From Octopus vulgaris (lineage: Eukaryota), in contig OX597840.1 of the NCBI GenBank assembly GCA_951406725.2, positions 18,104,001-18,168,000 on the forward strand: 64,000 nucleotides of DNA, read 5' to 3'. Positions 12,856 through 26,324 of the stretch are shown one piece after another. The position numbers and the translations under genes were made by a program. The stretch's first letter is position 1. Every line of letters starts with the position of its first letter. Under the pieces are notes generated by a model. That model was not told the origin of the DNA and did not search any database. It saw only the letters and a program-made list of their open reading frames with translations.

Positions 12856-14896
12856 ACCAGCTGCAGGAGAAATACCTAGCCAAAGATAAGGCCCTGTACC
12901 TGGCTTTTGTTGACATGGAGAAAGCCTTCGACAGGGTCCCCCGATCCCTCATATGGTGGTCAATGAGGAAACTAGGAATAGAAGAATGGTTAGTGAGAGC
13001 TGTGCAAGCCATGTACAGGGACGCTGCTAGTAAGGTGAGGGTTGGAAATGAGTACAGTGAAGAATTCCGGGTAGAGGTAGGGGTCCACCAAGGCTCAGTC
13101 CTCAGCCCCCTCCTATTTATCATAGTCCTCCAGGCAATAACGGAGGAATTCAAGACAGGATGCCCCTGGGAGCTCCTCTATGCTGATGACCTTGCTCTAA
13201 TTGCTGAGTCATTATCAGAACTGGAGAAGAAGTTTCAGGTGTGGAAGCATGGTTTAGAATCGAAGGGCCTTAGAGTCAACCTAGCTAAAACCAAAGTCCT
13301 AATAAGTAGGAAGGTAGACAAATCACAAACGCCTTCAGGTAGATGGCCCTGCTCGATCTGTAGAAAAGGTGTAGGTAGAAACTCTATAAGATGCACCAAG
13401 TGTAAGCTATGGACACATAAGAGGTGCAGCAATGTCATAGGAAGGCTAACTAGGAAGATGGTTTTTGTATGTGGCAGATGCTCGGGAGCATTAACCTCTG
13501 AAAATCTGCAGAAAACAACTTCCGTCACTTTCCAGGGGGAAAACTAGAAGTAGTTGATAGCTTCCGTTATCTTGGTGACCAAGTCAGTAGTGGGGGTGGG
13601 TGTGCTGAAAGTGTAACGGCTAGAGTAAGAATAGCCTGGGCAAAGTTTAGGGAGCTCTTACCTCTGTTGGTGACTAAAGGCCTCTCGCTCAGAGTAAAAG
13701 GCAGACTGTATGATGCATGTGTACGAACAGCCATGCTACATGGCAGTGAAACATGGGCCGTGACTGCTGAGGACATGCGTAAGCTCGCGAGAAATGAAGC
13801 TAGTATGCTCCGTTGGATGTGTAATGTCAGTGTTCATAGTCGACAGAGTGTAAGTACCTTGAGAGAAAAGTTGGACCTAAGAGGAATCAGATGTTGTGTG
13901 CAAGAGAGACGATTGCGCTGGTATGGTCATGTGGTGAGAATGGATGAAGATAGGTGTGTGAAAAAGTGCCACACCCTGGCAGTTGAGGGGACCTGTGGAA
14001 GAGGTAGACCCAGGAAAACCTGGGTCGAGGTGGTGAAGCACGACCTTCGAACTCTAGGTCTCACCAAGGAAATGACCAGAGACCGAGACCTATGGAAGTA
14101 TGCTGTGCGTGAGAAGACCCGGCAAGACCAGTGAGAACAATCAAAATCAAATCATATATCAGAAAGCAGGGGTTAAGTGACCCATCCGTTCGTGTCCGCT
14201 GTCAGCCTCGTCTGGCACCCGTGCCGGTGATACGTAAAAGCACCATTCGCTCATGGCCGTTTGCCAGCTCTGCCTGGCCCCATGTCGGTGGCACGTAAAA
14301 GCACCATCCGTTCGTGTTCGTTGCCAGCCTCGCCTGGCCCCGTGCCGGTGACACGTAAAAGCACCGTCCGTTCGTGGCCGTTTGCCAGCTCTGTCTGGCC
14401 CCGTGTCGGTGGCACGTAAAAGCACCATCCGTTCGTGGCCGTTTGCCAGCTCTGTCTGGCCCCGTGTCGGTGGCACGTAAAAGCACCATCCGTCCGTGTC
14501 CGTTGCCAGCCTTGGCTGGCCCCCGTGCCGGTGACACGTAAAAGCACCGTCCGTTCGTGGCCGGTTGCCAGCTCTGTCTGGCCCCGTGTCGGTGGCACGT
14601 AAAAGCACCATCCGTTCGTGTCCGTTGCCAGCATCGCCTGGCCCCGTGCCGGTGACACGTAAAAGCACCATCTGTTCGTGGCCGTTCGCCAGCTCTGTCT
14701 GGCACCTGTGCAGGTGGCACGTAAAAAACACCCACTACACTCGCGGAGTGGTTGGCGTTAGGAAGGGCATCCAGCCGTAGAAACACTGCCAGATCTGACT
14801 GGGCCTGACGAAGCCTTCCAGCTTCACAGACCCCAGTTGACCCGTCTAACCCATGCTAGCATGGAAAGCGGACGCTAAACGATGATGATGTGATGA

Positions 14897-14899
<3 letters not shown>
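12856..14899 (+). mobile_element. 5'-truncated RTE-clade LINE (RT, PHD-like insert, C-terminus, repetitive 3' UTR, (GAT)n tail)
   Basis: AFVDMEKAFDRV, GVHQGSVLSPLLF, YADD, FRYLG, LHGSETW, RRLRWYGHV, GRGRPRKTW; one frameshift near 13540; stop at 14134. Confidence 0.95.
14182..14730 (+). repeat. 60-61-bp tandem repeat, nine units, in RTE 3' UTR
   Basis: cgtaaaa core at 14233, 14294, 14354, 14415, 14476, 14537, 14598, 14658 and 14720. Confidence 0.95.
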
Positions 14900-14949
<50 letters not shown>

Positions 14950-15673
14950 CAATAGTAAATTTCATATTTATATTTAAATAAATATGTTTAAGAGGAAAAA
15001 TTGATGGTCCAATTTGAATTTTTTCTTTCTACGGAGGGAAGAGCAAGCCTTCTTCTATCATACTCTCAATTTTGGTCAACTTGTGCCGCAGGGTCTCGGA
15101 GGAGATAGTATTAGTTGAAGGCTACCAAACCTGCCATACACAGACAACTTCAGCTTTATATATAGAGAGATATATATGTATACATGGGTGAGAGGGGATA
15201 AGAAAGCACTTGTGTTGGTGTCACATAAAAAGCACCCAGTACACTCTGTAAAGTGGTTGGTGTTAGGAAGGGCATCCAGCTGTAAACACCTTTGGCCAAA
15301 ACAGATGTCTGGAGCCTGGTGCAGCTCTCCGGCTGGCCAGCTCTTGTCAAACTGTCCAACCCATGCCAGCATGGAAAACAGACATTAAATAATGATGATG
15401 ATATATATCATGAAAGAAAGTTGTGGTGAAAGAGTACAGTAGGGTTTGCCACCACCGCCTGCCGGATCATCGTGGTGTTTTAGGTGTTTTCACTCAATAA
15501 ACACTCACAATGCCCGGTCTGGGAATTGAAACCACAATCCTATGACCAAGAGTCTGCTGCCCAAACCACTGCACCATTGCACCTCCATAATAAATATCCT
15601 ATTTTTCACTCTTATATATATATATATATATATATATAAACATATACACACACATCTATATACTTATATATAT

Positions 15674-15708
<35 letters not shown>

Positions 15709-16242
15709 TATATGTACATACACACATATAAGTACCCAACACATACACACCTGCAGGACTGGAACTTGATTTTGAACAATGCTTGATTGTTTTCTTAAAC
15801 ATGAGCAAAAACGGATGTGACTTTTCAATCCTGTTAAGGACCTACACTATTTTGCACAGATGTGGTAACGATGGAAGCCTCTTGCAGCAGGCGTTCGGAG
15901 AGTTTACTGCCCGCACTAACAGACGGCTTTATTCCATCTTGGTATTTTTTATTGAGTGGTTTACTTTTTTCAGTTACATGAATCCAATGCATGCAACACA
16001 CAACAGAGGTGGTTAGAGACGTTGAAAATCAAATGATGCCTTTGTATGAAGCTTCTCAAAGAGAGAAATAGCTTGCTCGGGGCCAATCCCACTCTATATA
16101 AAAAAGAAGCATTACTCTACATCAGTGAATAGAGACAAAGTCAAAGCTCATTGGCTAATTGTGACCCCAGAGCCTGTTCTGGCACTGTCTTTCTATATAT
16201 CACTAGCAGAGAGATGCATCACTGCCATCTCCAATGCCAAAA

Positions 16243-16289
16243 CCACCAGATCACATAATTTTGACCTCCTTTGGTCTCATCAGTAATGG
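16243..16289 (-). ncRNA. Degenerate hammerhead motif; inverted partner at 17289-17335
   Basis: Reverse complement: ccatta-CTGATGA-gacc aaagga ggtc-AAAA-ttatgtg-ATC-tggtgg (G12 lost). The partner keeps GAAA but has a mutated CUGA box. Confidence 0.4.
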
Positions 16290-17016
16290 ACGCTTGACTG
16301 CTAGAGTTAGCAGTGACTTATCTCCCCACCAGTGATATATAGAAAGACAGCACCCGAACAGGTTTTGGCACTGGAGATGGTAATATAATAAGTGTGCATT
16401 TTGCATCAAAAGCCAATATGAGAGTTTCTCTCATGGCAACCACTGCAGTATAGTTTGTTCCGATAGAACATCCATGTTTCAAGTGGGGATAAGTATCACT
16501 TATCAGTATTAATACTGTCTCTGTTGCTAATATATATTCTTTACCAAGCTCACTGGCTAATCGTGACACCAGCACCTGTTTAGGCAATATTTTTCTATAT
16601 ATCAAGGCAGCAAGCTGGCAGAAACATTAGCACACCAGGCAAAATGCCTAGCAGTATTTCATCTGGCTTTACGTTCTGAGTTCAAATTCTGCCGAGGTCA
16701 ACCTTACCTTTCATTTTTTCGGGGTCAGTAAATTAAGTACTAGTTGCATACTGGGGTTGATCTAATCGACTGGTGCCCCCTCCCCCAAAATTTTGTACCT
16801 TGTGCCTAGAGTACTCTTTTACTCTTCCACTCTTTTACTTGTTTCAGTCATTTGACTGTGGCCATACTGGAGCACCACCATTAGTCGAGCAAATCGATCC
16901 CAGGACTTATTCTTTGTAAGCCCAGTACTTATTCTATTGGTCTCTTTTGCCGAACCGCTAAGTGACGGGGACGTAAACACACCTGCATCGGTTGTCAAGC
17001 AATGTTGGAGAGACAA

Positions 17017-17048
<32 letters not shown>

Positions 17049-20000
17049 ACATATATACAACAGGCTTCTTTCAGTTTCCGTCTACCAAATCCACTCACAA
17101 TGCTTTGGTTGGCCCAAGGCTGTAGTAGAAGACACTTGCCCAAGGTGCCACAAAGTGGGACTGAACCCGGAACCATGTGGTTTGTAAACAAGCTACTTAC
17201 CACACAGCCACTCCTACGTTTATTAGAATATTTTTCTATATATCAGACGTAAGGAGAAGAATCACTGTAATCTCTAACAGTCAAGCGTCCATCACCAACG
17301 AGACCCAGGAAGATCGAAAATATGTGATCTAATGATCTCAGCACTGGAGATGGCAGGGATTTATCTCCCCTCTAGTGATATAAACAAGAATGCATTTTGC
17401 ACCAAAAGGTCAATATGAGAGATTCTCTCATGGTATCTGCGGCAGTATAGTTTGTTCTAACTGACCACCCATGTTTAAGTGGGGATAGATGTTATCTTTA
17501 AGATCACACTTGTTCTATCAGAGTTTTCCTGCTCCTAGAGAGACATTTGAGCAAAGACTGGGTCTCTCTCACTCCCAGCTATTGGATGGTCATTCGTTCT
17601 ATTGAGATCATTCACTGTTTGACAGGTTTTGTTTTTTGTCTTGCAGGGTGTCTAACAGAATCATCCTTCTTACCAAGCAGGCTAAGTAGGGTTGCTTGTT
17701 TAGTTGTTGACAACCCAACCTTGCAACAGGTTGTACTGGGTGACATGTTTCCAGCTACACAAAACGTGACCCGACTCTACATAGGCATAGCTGTGTGTTA
17801 AGAAGCTTGCTTCCCAACCACATGGTTCTGGGTTCAGTCCCACTGCATGGCACCTTGAGCAGGTGTCTTCTATTATAGCCTTGGGCCAACTAAAGCTTTG
17901 TGAGTGGATTTGGAAAATAGAAACTGAAAGAAGCCCATCATATATGTGTGTCTGTGTCTCCCTGCCATCACTTGACAACCGATGCCAGTGTGTTTATACC
18001 CCCATAACTTAGTAGTTCAGCAAAAGATACTGATAGAATAAGCTCTAGGCTAACAAAGAATAAGTCCTGGAGTCGATTTCTTTGACTAAAACCCTTTAAG
18101 GCAGTGCTCCAGTATGGCCACAGTCAAATGATTGAAACAAGTAACAGAATTATAGAACATACACACATACATATGCACATACATTTGTTCATACACATAC
18201 ACATATACATACATACATTTGATGTAACAGTTGCAGGATGGACGGGGCCTCATGGCAGGCCCTGCACCAGAAGCTCAATGTCACCTTGGAAGATATAGAG
18301 GGGCTGGCACGGGGCTGTCAGGAATGGAGAGCACTGGTGTACCTGGTCACATCTATAGATGATGACGTCTCTGGGGCCACTAATCTGGGATGACCTCAGT
18401 CCCATCAAGCAAGCACATAAATATATAATCTTTTCTAATCTAGGAACAAGGCCCAAAATTTTGGAGTGGGGGGGACCACTCGATTAGATCGACCCCAGTA
18501 TGCAACTGATACTTAATTTATCGACCCCGAAAGGACAAAAGGCAAAGTCGACCTCAGCAGAACTTGAACTCAGAACGTAAAGACAGATAAAATACCACTA
18601 AGCATTTCGTCCAGCGTGCTAATATTTCTTATTTCTATACTGCTCACAAGGGGCTAAACATAGAGGGGACAAACAAGGACAGACAAAGGGATTAAGTCAA
18701 TTACATCGACCCCAGTGCGTAACTGGTACTTTATTTATCGATCCCAAAAGGATGAAAGACAAAGTCGACCTCGCCGGAATTTGAACTCAGAACATAAAGA
18801 CTGACAAAATGCCGCTAAGCATTTCATCCGGCATGCTAACGTTTCTGCCAGCTCGCCGCCTTCAGATGAAATACCGCTAAGCATTTCGCCCGGTGTGCTA
18901 ACATTTCTGCCAGTTTGCTGCCATACATACACACACAATAACAAAAATCTGGTAAGCTGCTGGTTGTAAACAAGGGTTCCAGCTGAACAGCCAGTCTGTG
19001 CAAGTGGCTGAGTACTACACAGACACGTGTACCCTTAACGTGGTTGTCAATGAGATTTAGCATGACACAAGGTGTGACAAGGCTGGCCCCTTTGAATTAC
19101 AGGTACAACTCATTTTTGCCAGCTGAGTGGACTGGGGCAATGTGAAATAAAGTGACTTGCTCAAGAGCACAATGCATCACCAGGAATTGAACTCATGACA
19201 TTATGATCAAGAACAGAATACCCCTAACCACTTAGCCATACACCTTCACTACACACACACAGATTTATATACCAAAATATTAGTCAGTGAATTATCTAAT
19301 TAATTAATTAAATATTTAATGCTGCAACACTGTTATACTGCAATATTCCTATTATTAACTATTTGATATGGTGGCAGTGGTGATGGTGGCATTGGTGATG
19401 ATGATGATGGTGGTGTTGGTTACAGCGGTGGTAGTAATGGTGGTGGTGATGGTGATGGCTGTCGCGGTTGTGGCAGCAGTGGTGGTTGGTTCAAGCACAG
19501 CCTTAACTGTCCAGTCCTATGATGAAATGCATTCCAGCCATGACCATCCAACTTGTACATCAAAGTTTATATTATCCAATATGTTCTCCTACGGGCAAGA
19601 TGCTTGGTTATGATTTGAGGGAGATTTAGCAGCTATGGAATTTAGGAGAATAACTTTGACATTATTAAGCTGAAATTTGGAACAGAAATAAAAATGAAGT
19701 TTTGATGGAAGATTTGAATTTAGATCACTTTAACCCTTAGGTTCCCAACCAGTGTGCCACGAAATATACATTCACATGTGGTCATGATTGATCATTTAGA
19801 GTCAAAAATACATTTTGATATTATTTTAACAATAAACAAGTGCACTCAGAGAGTGCAAACCTCTGCCAAGGCAACACCAACATCCTCTCAATGATTAGCC
19901 AGAGATCATTTTTAAAATGAGAATATCTGAAATAAACTCGACTGCTCTCAAAAATGAAAATGCCAAAAATGAACCTGACCACTCTCAAAAATTAAGTAAA

Positions 20001-20857
20001 AAAACAGGGAACATAATCAAGAATCCTTGTCCAGTACCAGATCAAACCCAAAATCTAATCAGTTTGTGCCAGTCACAAGGCCAAACAGCCTTGAAAGTCT
20101 CATCTGAATCCATCCAGCGAGGCCTAATGTTCGAAGGCCATGCTTCACCAGGTCTTCCTGGGTCTACCTCTTCCACGGGTTCCCTCAGCCTATGACCAAG
20201 AGTCCACTGCCCAAACCACTGCGCCATTGCACCTCCATAATATATATATATATATATATACCTCTGGATATCTTTGTTGCTCCTATCTTCAGCCTTACAT
20301 GATACTCACAGACCATGGTCTCTGGATGTTTACCCGTCCTCAGTGTGAGATAATCACTGGCTGTTGATGGAAGCTTTCTCCACTCACAAACACTATATAT
20401 TCTTTAAGTAACACACAATCGCTGATCTCATATAGAGAAAAACAACTTGTTTTAAATCTCTCACCAAGAGTTATACAGTAACAGTATCGAATAGTAAAGT
20501 TTATATGCCAACAGAATGTGGCAGTCCTATAAAGGACGATGCTACTGTTGTTTAAGCCCCAGGAAAACATCTTCTCCAGCTGACTATCAACACAGTCTGC
20601 TTTTGTACAGTGTTTGCAAATATTATATGGACACAGACTGTGTATTGACAGCCAGCTGGAAAAGATGTTTTCCTTCTCAAACTATCTGATGTGGCATACC
20701 AGCAGATTTTTTTCTTCCAATGTACCAGGGATCAGTAATATTTCTTAGTAATATTAATTTATACTGGAAATAATAATATACAATGAATATAATAAAAGCT
20801 GACAATTTTTTGTTATCTTATATTTATTTTGTAAACAAATAATATAATATTACATTA

Positions 20858-21270
20858 GGTGCAGGAGTGGCTGTGTGGTAAGTAGCTTGCTTACCAACCA
20901 CATGGTTCCAGGTTCATTCCCACTGCGTGGCACCTTGGGTAAGTGTCTTCTACTATAGCCTCAGGCCGACCAAAGCCTTATGAGTGGATTTGGTAGATGG
21001 AAACTGAAAGAAGCCTGTTGTATATATGTATATATATATGTATGTGTGTGTATATGTTTGTGTATCTGTATTTTTCCCCACCACCATCGCTTGACAACTG
21101 ATGGTTGTGTGTTTACCTCCTTGTAACTTAGCAGTTTGGCAAAAGAGACCAATAGAATAAGTACTAGGCTTACAAAGAATAAGTCCTGGGGTTGATTTGC
21201 TCGACTCAAGGCGGTGCTCCAGCATGGCCGCAGTCAAATGACTGAAACAAGTAAAAGAGTAAAAAGAGTA
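20858..21270 (+). mobile_element. tRNA-derived SINE family 3 with internal microsatellite (copies at 16818-17215, 17785-18145, 21631-22020, 23995-24445, 36374-36750, 39958-40243, 58690-59130, 60715-61120, 62530-62940)
   Basis: ggagtggctgtgtggtaag ... ggttca.tcccactgcgtggcaccttggg ... gaaactgaaagaagcc-(TA/TG)n-... tgactgaaacaagtaaaagagtaaaa tail. Confidence 0.9.
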
Positions 21271-22331
21271 AGCGTTTTATGTTTCTTTCTTTTCTGAAAA
21301 CTCATCACGTACTGGCAGCTGATGGCTCACAGACTGGTACTGGTCCGTGGACCACCACTTTGAGTAACACAGCTTTATAGGACCACCACATTCTTTTGGA
21401 AAATAAACTTTTAATTTAGATCTCACTTTAAAATGGGAAGATCATCTCAAAGAATTAAGTGTGGTCTTGGATGTTTCACATTAAAAGGGTTAAGTGCTTT
21501 GTTAACACAAATGAAAGAAGAAAATGAAAGAATTTATTCAAAAAGTTTTTAGATGGAATGAATTATCCTGAAAGGTTAATTTCCTTCATCCATGATGAGA
21601 GAGAGAGAAATGTTATACATACAGGTATATTACTCTTACTCTTTATTCTTTTACTTGTTTCAGTCATTTGACTGTGGCCATGCTGGAGCACTGCCTTTAG
21701 TCGAGCAGATCGACCCCGGAACTTATTCTTTGTAAGCCTAGTACTTATTCTATTGGTCTCTTATGCCGAACCGCTAAGTTACGGGGATGTAAACACACCA
21801 CCATCGGTTATCAAGCGATGTTGGGGAGAGACAGACAGACAGACACACATATATATACATATATACAATGGGCTTCTTTTAGTTCCCATCTACCAAATCC
21901 ACTCACAAGGCTTTGGTCGGCCCGAGGCTATTGTAGAAGACACTTGCCCAAGGTGCCACGCAGTGGGAATGAACCCAGAACCATGTGGTTGGTAAGCAAG
22001 CTACTTACCACACACCCACTCATGCACCTATGTATGTATGTATGCATGTGTGTGTGTATGTGTGATTGTGTATGTACGTTTGCATGTATATACATATGTA
22101 TATTTGCATATATGTTCATATATATGTATATACATACGTATATGTGTATGTATGTATATCTCAATGTACATTCGCATGTATATGCATACATATGTATGTA
22201 TGCGTGTGTGTGAGTGCATATGTATGCATGCATGTTTGTGTGTGTATGTATGTGTGTGTGTGTATATTTATATATTTGTACATATATATGTCTGTATATA
22301 AATACATATGTGTGAATATAAATATATATAC

Positions 22332-22725
22332 ACTAGCAGTATCGCCTGGCATTGCTCAGGTTTGTTTCGACCCTTTAGAATTGGGATTTTTGAAAAGTAA
22401 AAATTTTGCATTATGTAGCTTGTTATTCTCTTTAAGTGAACATTTTTCTGGTTGAAATATACCGAAAAATGGCAACACAGCAGTCAAAAAGTCGTAAAAA
22501 ATAGGGATTTTCATAGAAAAAAAGCACCTTTTTGATGTAAATAATTTTTGGTGTTAACATGGTCCGATTTGAATTTTTTCTTTTACAGAAGGAAGAGCAA
22601 GCCTTCTTCTATCATACTCTCAATTTTGGTCAACTTGTGCTGCAGGGTCTCGAAGGAGATAGTGTTAGATAAAGGCTACCAAACCTGCTATACACAGACA
22701 ACTTCAGCTTTATATACATAGAGAT
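22332..22725 (+). mobile_element. Non-autonomous Helitron/Helentron-like element (copies at 25013-25405 and partial at 15005-15170)
   Basis: Starts actagcagtatcgcc(t/c)ggc..gctcagg with a subterminal hairpin, ends cagctttatata..agagat; no TSD, sits in TA tracts. Confidence 0.55.
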
Positions 22726-24211
22726 ATCTACTTGATATATGTATTTAGGTAAATGTGCATGTGTGTGTGTGTGTGCACGTGTACATATGCCATGGTAAAT
22801 AGAGGTCAGAGTAAGTTGGAGAATGAAATAGCATAATGCCATTTAAAAGTTTCTTTCATTTTATTTGAGAGAGGAAAATTAAGTTGTTAGTCGGACAAGG
22901 TAGGGCTAAGTACTTAAAATAGACGACTAGTATTGAAATGTGAACTACTAAGTGACTACTAAAGCTACTGATAAATTAAATGTTAACGGTGGCTCATAGA
23001 TCTACTTGTAGAAACAAAAAGAAAAAAAATGTGTTTGTTTTGAAAGATTCGTGATGTGAAATCGTGTGTTTAAACAGATATTGTTATGTTTCGGGGATGG
23101 TCATTTTTAAACAGAACAGCCGGAGACACATGGGATGGAGAGTCACAGAAGAGGTCACAGAAGGTGCCGATGAAAGATTTCCAGACAATGACTATAAAAT
23201 GAAGAACAATAATAAACAAGTGAAGAACGATTATATAGCGCCTGTGTTTATTTGGTGAGGAATAAAAATGGAAAACCATCCTGAAATATAACAATACAAG
23301 AAAAAATACACACATTATTGTATTATTGTATCCTTCTCTGTTTACAATTTACAGCTGTGTTTATATTGTCAACATCTAACACAAACACATACACACACGT
23401 CTAAACATACATACATACATACATATATATGTCACACACCTCCACAACACACAACTTACATGGACTTTTTTATGTGGTATGTCACTTGACCTGCTAGAAA
23501 TAACAGCCAAATCTCCCAAAATTCACACACTTCCATTTAAAAAAAGAAGGATAATTCCGATAAAAATTCAGGAATAAAGATGTCAAAATGTCACAAACTT
23601 CAATAAAAAGTTACAACTAACCCATAAAGCTCTGAGATTTGCCCTTACATAGCATGGACTGCTGAGCACATTTTACGAAAATGAGACTACTATACACACA
23701 TAAAAAACAAAAAAATAATTAAAACATCATCTTAGTGTGTAATGGTGTATAAAAGTCATTAATTGAACTGTTAGTCCTCTAGCATTCTGGGGGGTATCGT
23801 TTGAGTGACATTAGACCCCCAACAAACGCCCATAAATTAAATGTATTTATCTGGACCACAATCATGGCCTGTCATGCTTTATGCGTTAATAATGGTTGGC
23901 TTGTTTCATTGTTTTATGAGAGATTTTTAATAAAACCTGAGATGCAAAGTCATTTCGGTGACACTATTCTGCTCTTTTATACTGCAAGTCATGTTACTCT
24001 TTACTCTTTTACTTGTTTCAGTCATTTGACTGTGGCCATGCTGGAGCACCGCCTTTAGTTGAGCAAATCGACCCCAGGACTTATTCTTTGTAAGCCTAGT
24101 ACTTACTCTATCGGTCTCTTTTGCCGAACCGCTAAGTTATGGGGACGTAAACCCACCAGCATCGGTTGTCAAGTGATGTTGGGGGCACAAACACACACAC
24201 ACACAAAATAT

Positions 24212-24268
<57 letters not shown>

Positions 24269-24980
24269 TATATACATATATATGACAGGCTTCTTTCAGT
24301 TTCCATCTACCAACACCACTCACAAGGCTTTGGTCGGCCCAAGGCTATAGAAGAAGACACTTGCCCAAGGTGCCATGCAGTGGGACTGAACCCGGAACCA
24401 TGTGGTTGGTAAGCAAGCTACTTACCACACAGCCACTCCTGCGCCTATCTTGTTGTTGATTAAAATAAACAAAAATATTCAAATACTATTTCTCTTTTAT
24501 TTTTTACTTGTTTCCATCATTGGACTGTGGCCATGCTGGAGCACTACCTTGAAGTGTTTAGTTGGACAAATCTACCTTGGTATTTACTTGTTTAAACTTG
24601 GTACATAGTCTATCGGTTCACTTTTTGCTGAACTATTAGGTTACAGGATGTAAACAAACCAACTGTGGCGGTAACTGATACAAACGGTGGGAGTAACAGA
24701 CACAAACACATATACACACGCACACACATATATATAGGTGGGAGGGGATAAAGAAAAGCATTTGTTTTGGTATCATGTGTAAAGCACGTGTGCTGGTGCC
24801 ATGTAAAAAGCACCCTGTAAAGTGGTTGGCATTAGGAAGGGCATCTAGCCATACAAATCTTGCTAAAGCAGACAAATGGAACCTGGAGTAGCTCTTCAGT
24901 TTGTCAAACCATCCAACCCATGCCAGCATGGAAAACAGACGTAAAATGAGAATGACGATTGATGATGATGACACAAACAA

Positions 24981-25013
<33 letters not shown>

Positions 25014-25998
25014 CTAGTAGTATTGCCCGGCGTTGCTCAGGTTTGTTTCAACCCTTTAGAATTGGAATTTTTGAAAAGTAAAAATTTTGCATTATGTAGC
25101 TTGTTATTCTCTTTAAGTGAACATTTTTCTGGTTGAAATAAACCGAAAAATGGCGACACAGCAGTCAAAAAATCAATAAAAATAGGGATTTTCATAGAAA
25201 AAAAGTGCCTTCTTGATGTAAATAATTTTGAGTATTAACATGGTCCGATTTGAATTTTTTCTTCTACAGAATGAAGAGCAAGCCTTCTTCTATCATACTC
25301 TCAATTTTGGTCAACTTGTGCCGCAGGGTCTCAGAGGAAATAGTGTTAGTTGAAGGCTACCAAACCTGCCATACACAGACAACTTCAGCTTTATATATAG
25401 AGAGATATATATGTATACATGGGTGAGAGGGGGTAAGAAAGCATTTGTGTTGGTGACACATAAAAAGCACGCAGTACACTCTGTAAAGTGGTTGGTGTTA
25501 GGAAGGGCATCCAGCTGTAAACACCTTTGACCAAAACGGATGACTGGAGCTTGGTGCAGCTCTCTGGCTGGCCAGCTCTTGTGAAACTGTCCAACCCATG
25601 CCAGCATGGAAAACAGACATTAAATAATGATGATGATAATGATATATATTATGAAAGAAAGTTGTGGTGAAAGAGTACAGTAGGGTTCGTCACCACCGCC
25701 TGCCGGGTCCTCATGGTGCTTTAGGTGTTTTCACTCAATAAACACTCACAATGCCCAGTCTGGGAATTGAAACCACGATCCTATGACCGAGAGTTTGCTG
25801 CCCAAACCACTGCACCATTATACCTCCATAATAAATATAAATATATATAAATACCTCTGGATATCCTTGTTGCTTATTTTGATTATAATCACCCCATTTT
25901 GAATTATATGGATAATACCATACTAAATTCTGGTGCCTTTAACTTAAGTACCATATTCTACTGAATCTAAATTTTACTGAACTTATATATATATATAT

Positions 25999-26034
<36 letters not shown>

Positions 26035-26104
26035 TGGTAAAAACGGTAAGATAACAAAAGAAAGAAAGAGACCTCAATATTATGTAAATAGAGGAAATTT
26101 ATCT

Positions 26105-26210
26105 GTAAATTAATATGTTACCATTATTCAATAGCCAAGATAACCAAAGAGATTTCCACTTCAGCACTCAGAGTTTATCTTGGCTATTGAATAATTGTCA
26201 CATATTAATT

Positions 26211-26214
<4 letters not shown>
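26105..26214. repeat. Short fold-back (arms about 40 bp) between (TA)n tracts
   Basis: tgtaaattaatatg...attattcaatagccaagataa pairs with ttatcttggctattgaataat...catattaatttaca. Confidence 0.75.
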
Positions 26215-26247
<33 letters not shown>

Positions 26248-26324
26248 CCTCTTATGCCCAATTTTTCTCTCAATACATAATGCTCTGTCACATATGTACG
26301 TTGATATTACAGATATTACAGAGG

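Noticed and set aside
14159-14786. Long repetitive ORFs; CRISPR-like periodicity
   Set aside because: Units are near-identical throughout with no unique spacers; this is a LINE 3' UTR tandem repeat.
23114-23254. Possible plus-strand exon with AG and GT signals
   Set aside because: No recognisable protein similarity and no partner exons.
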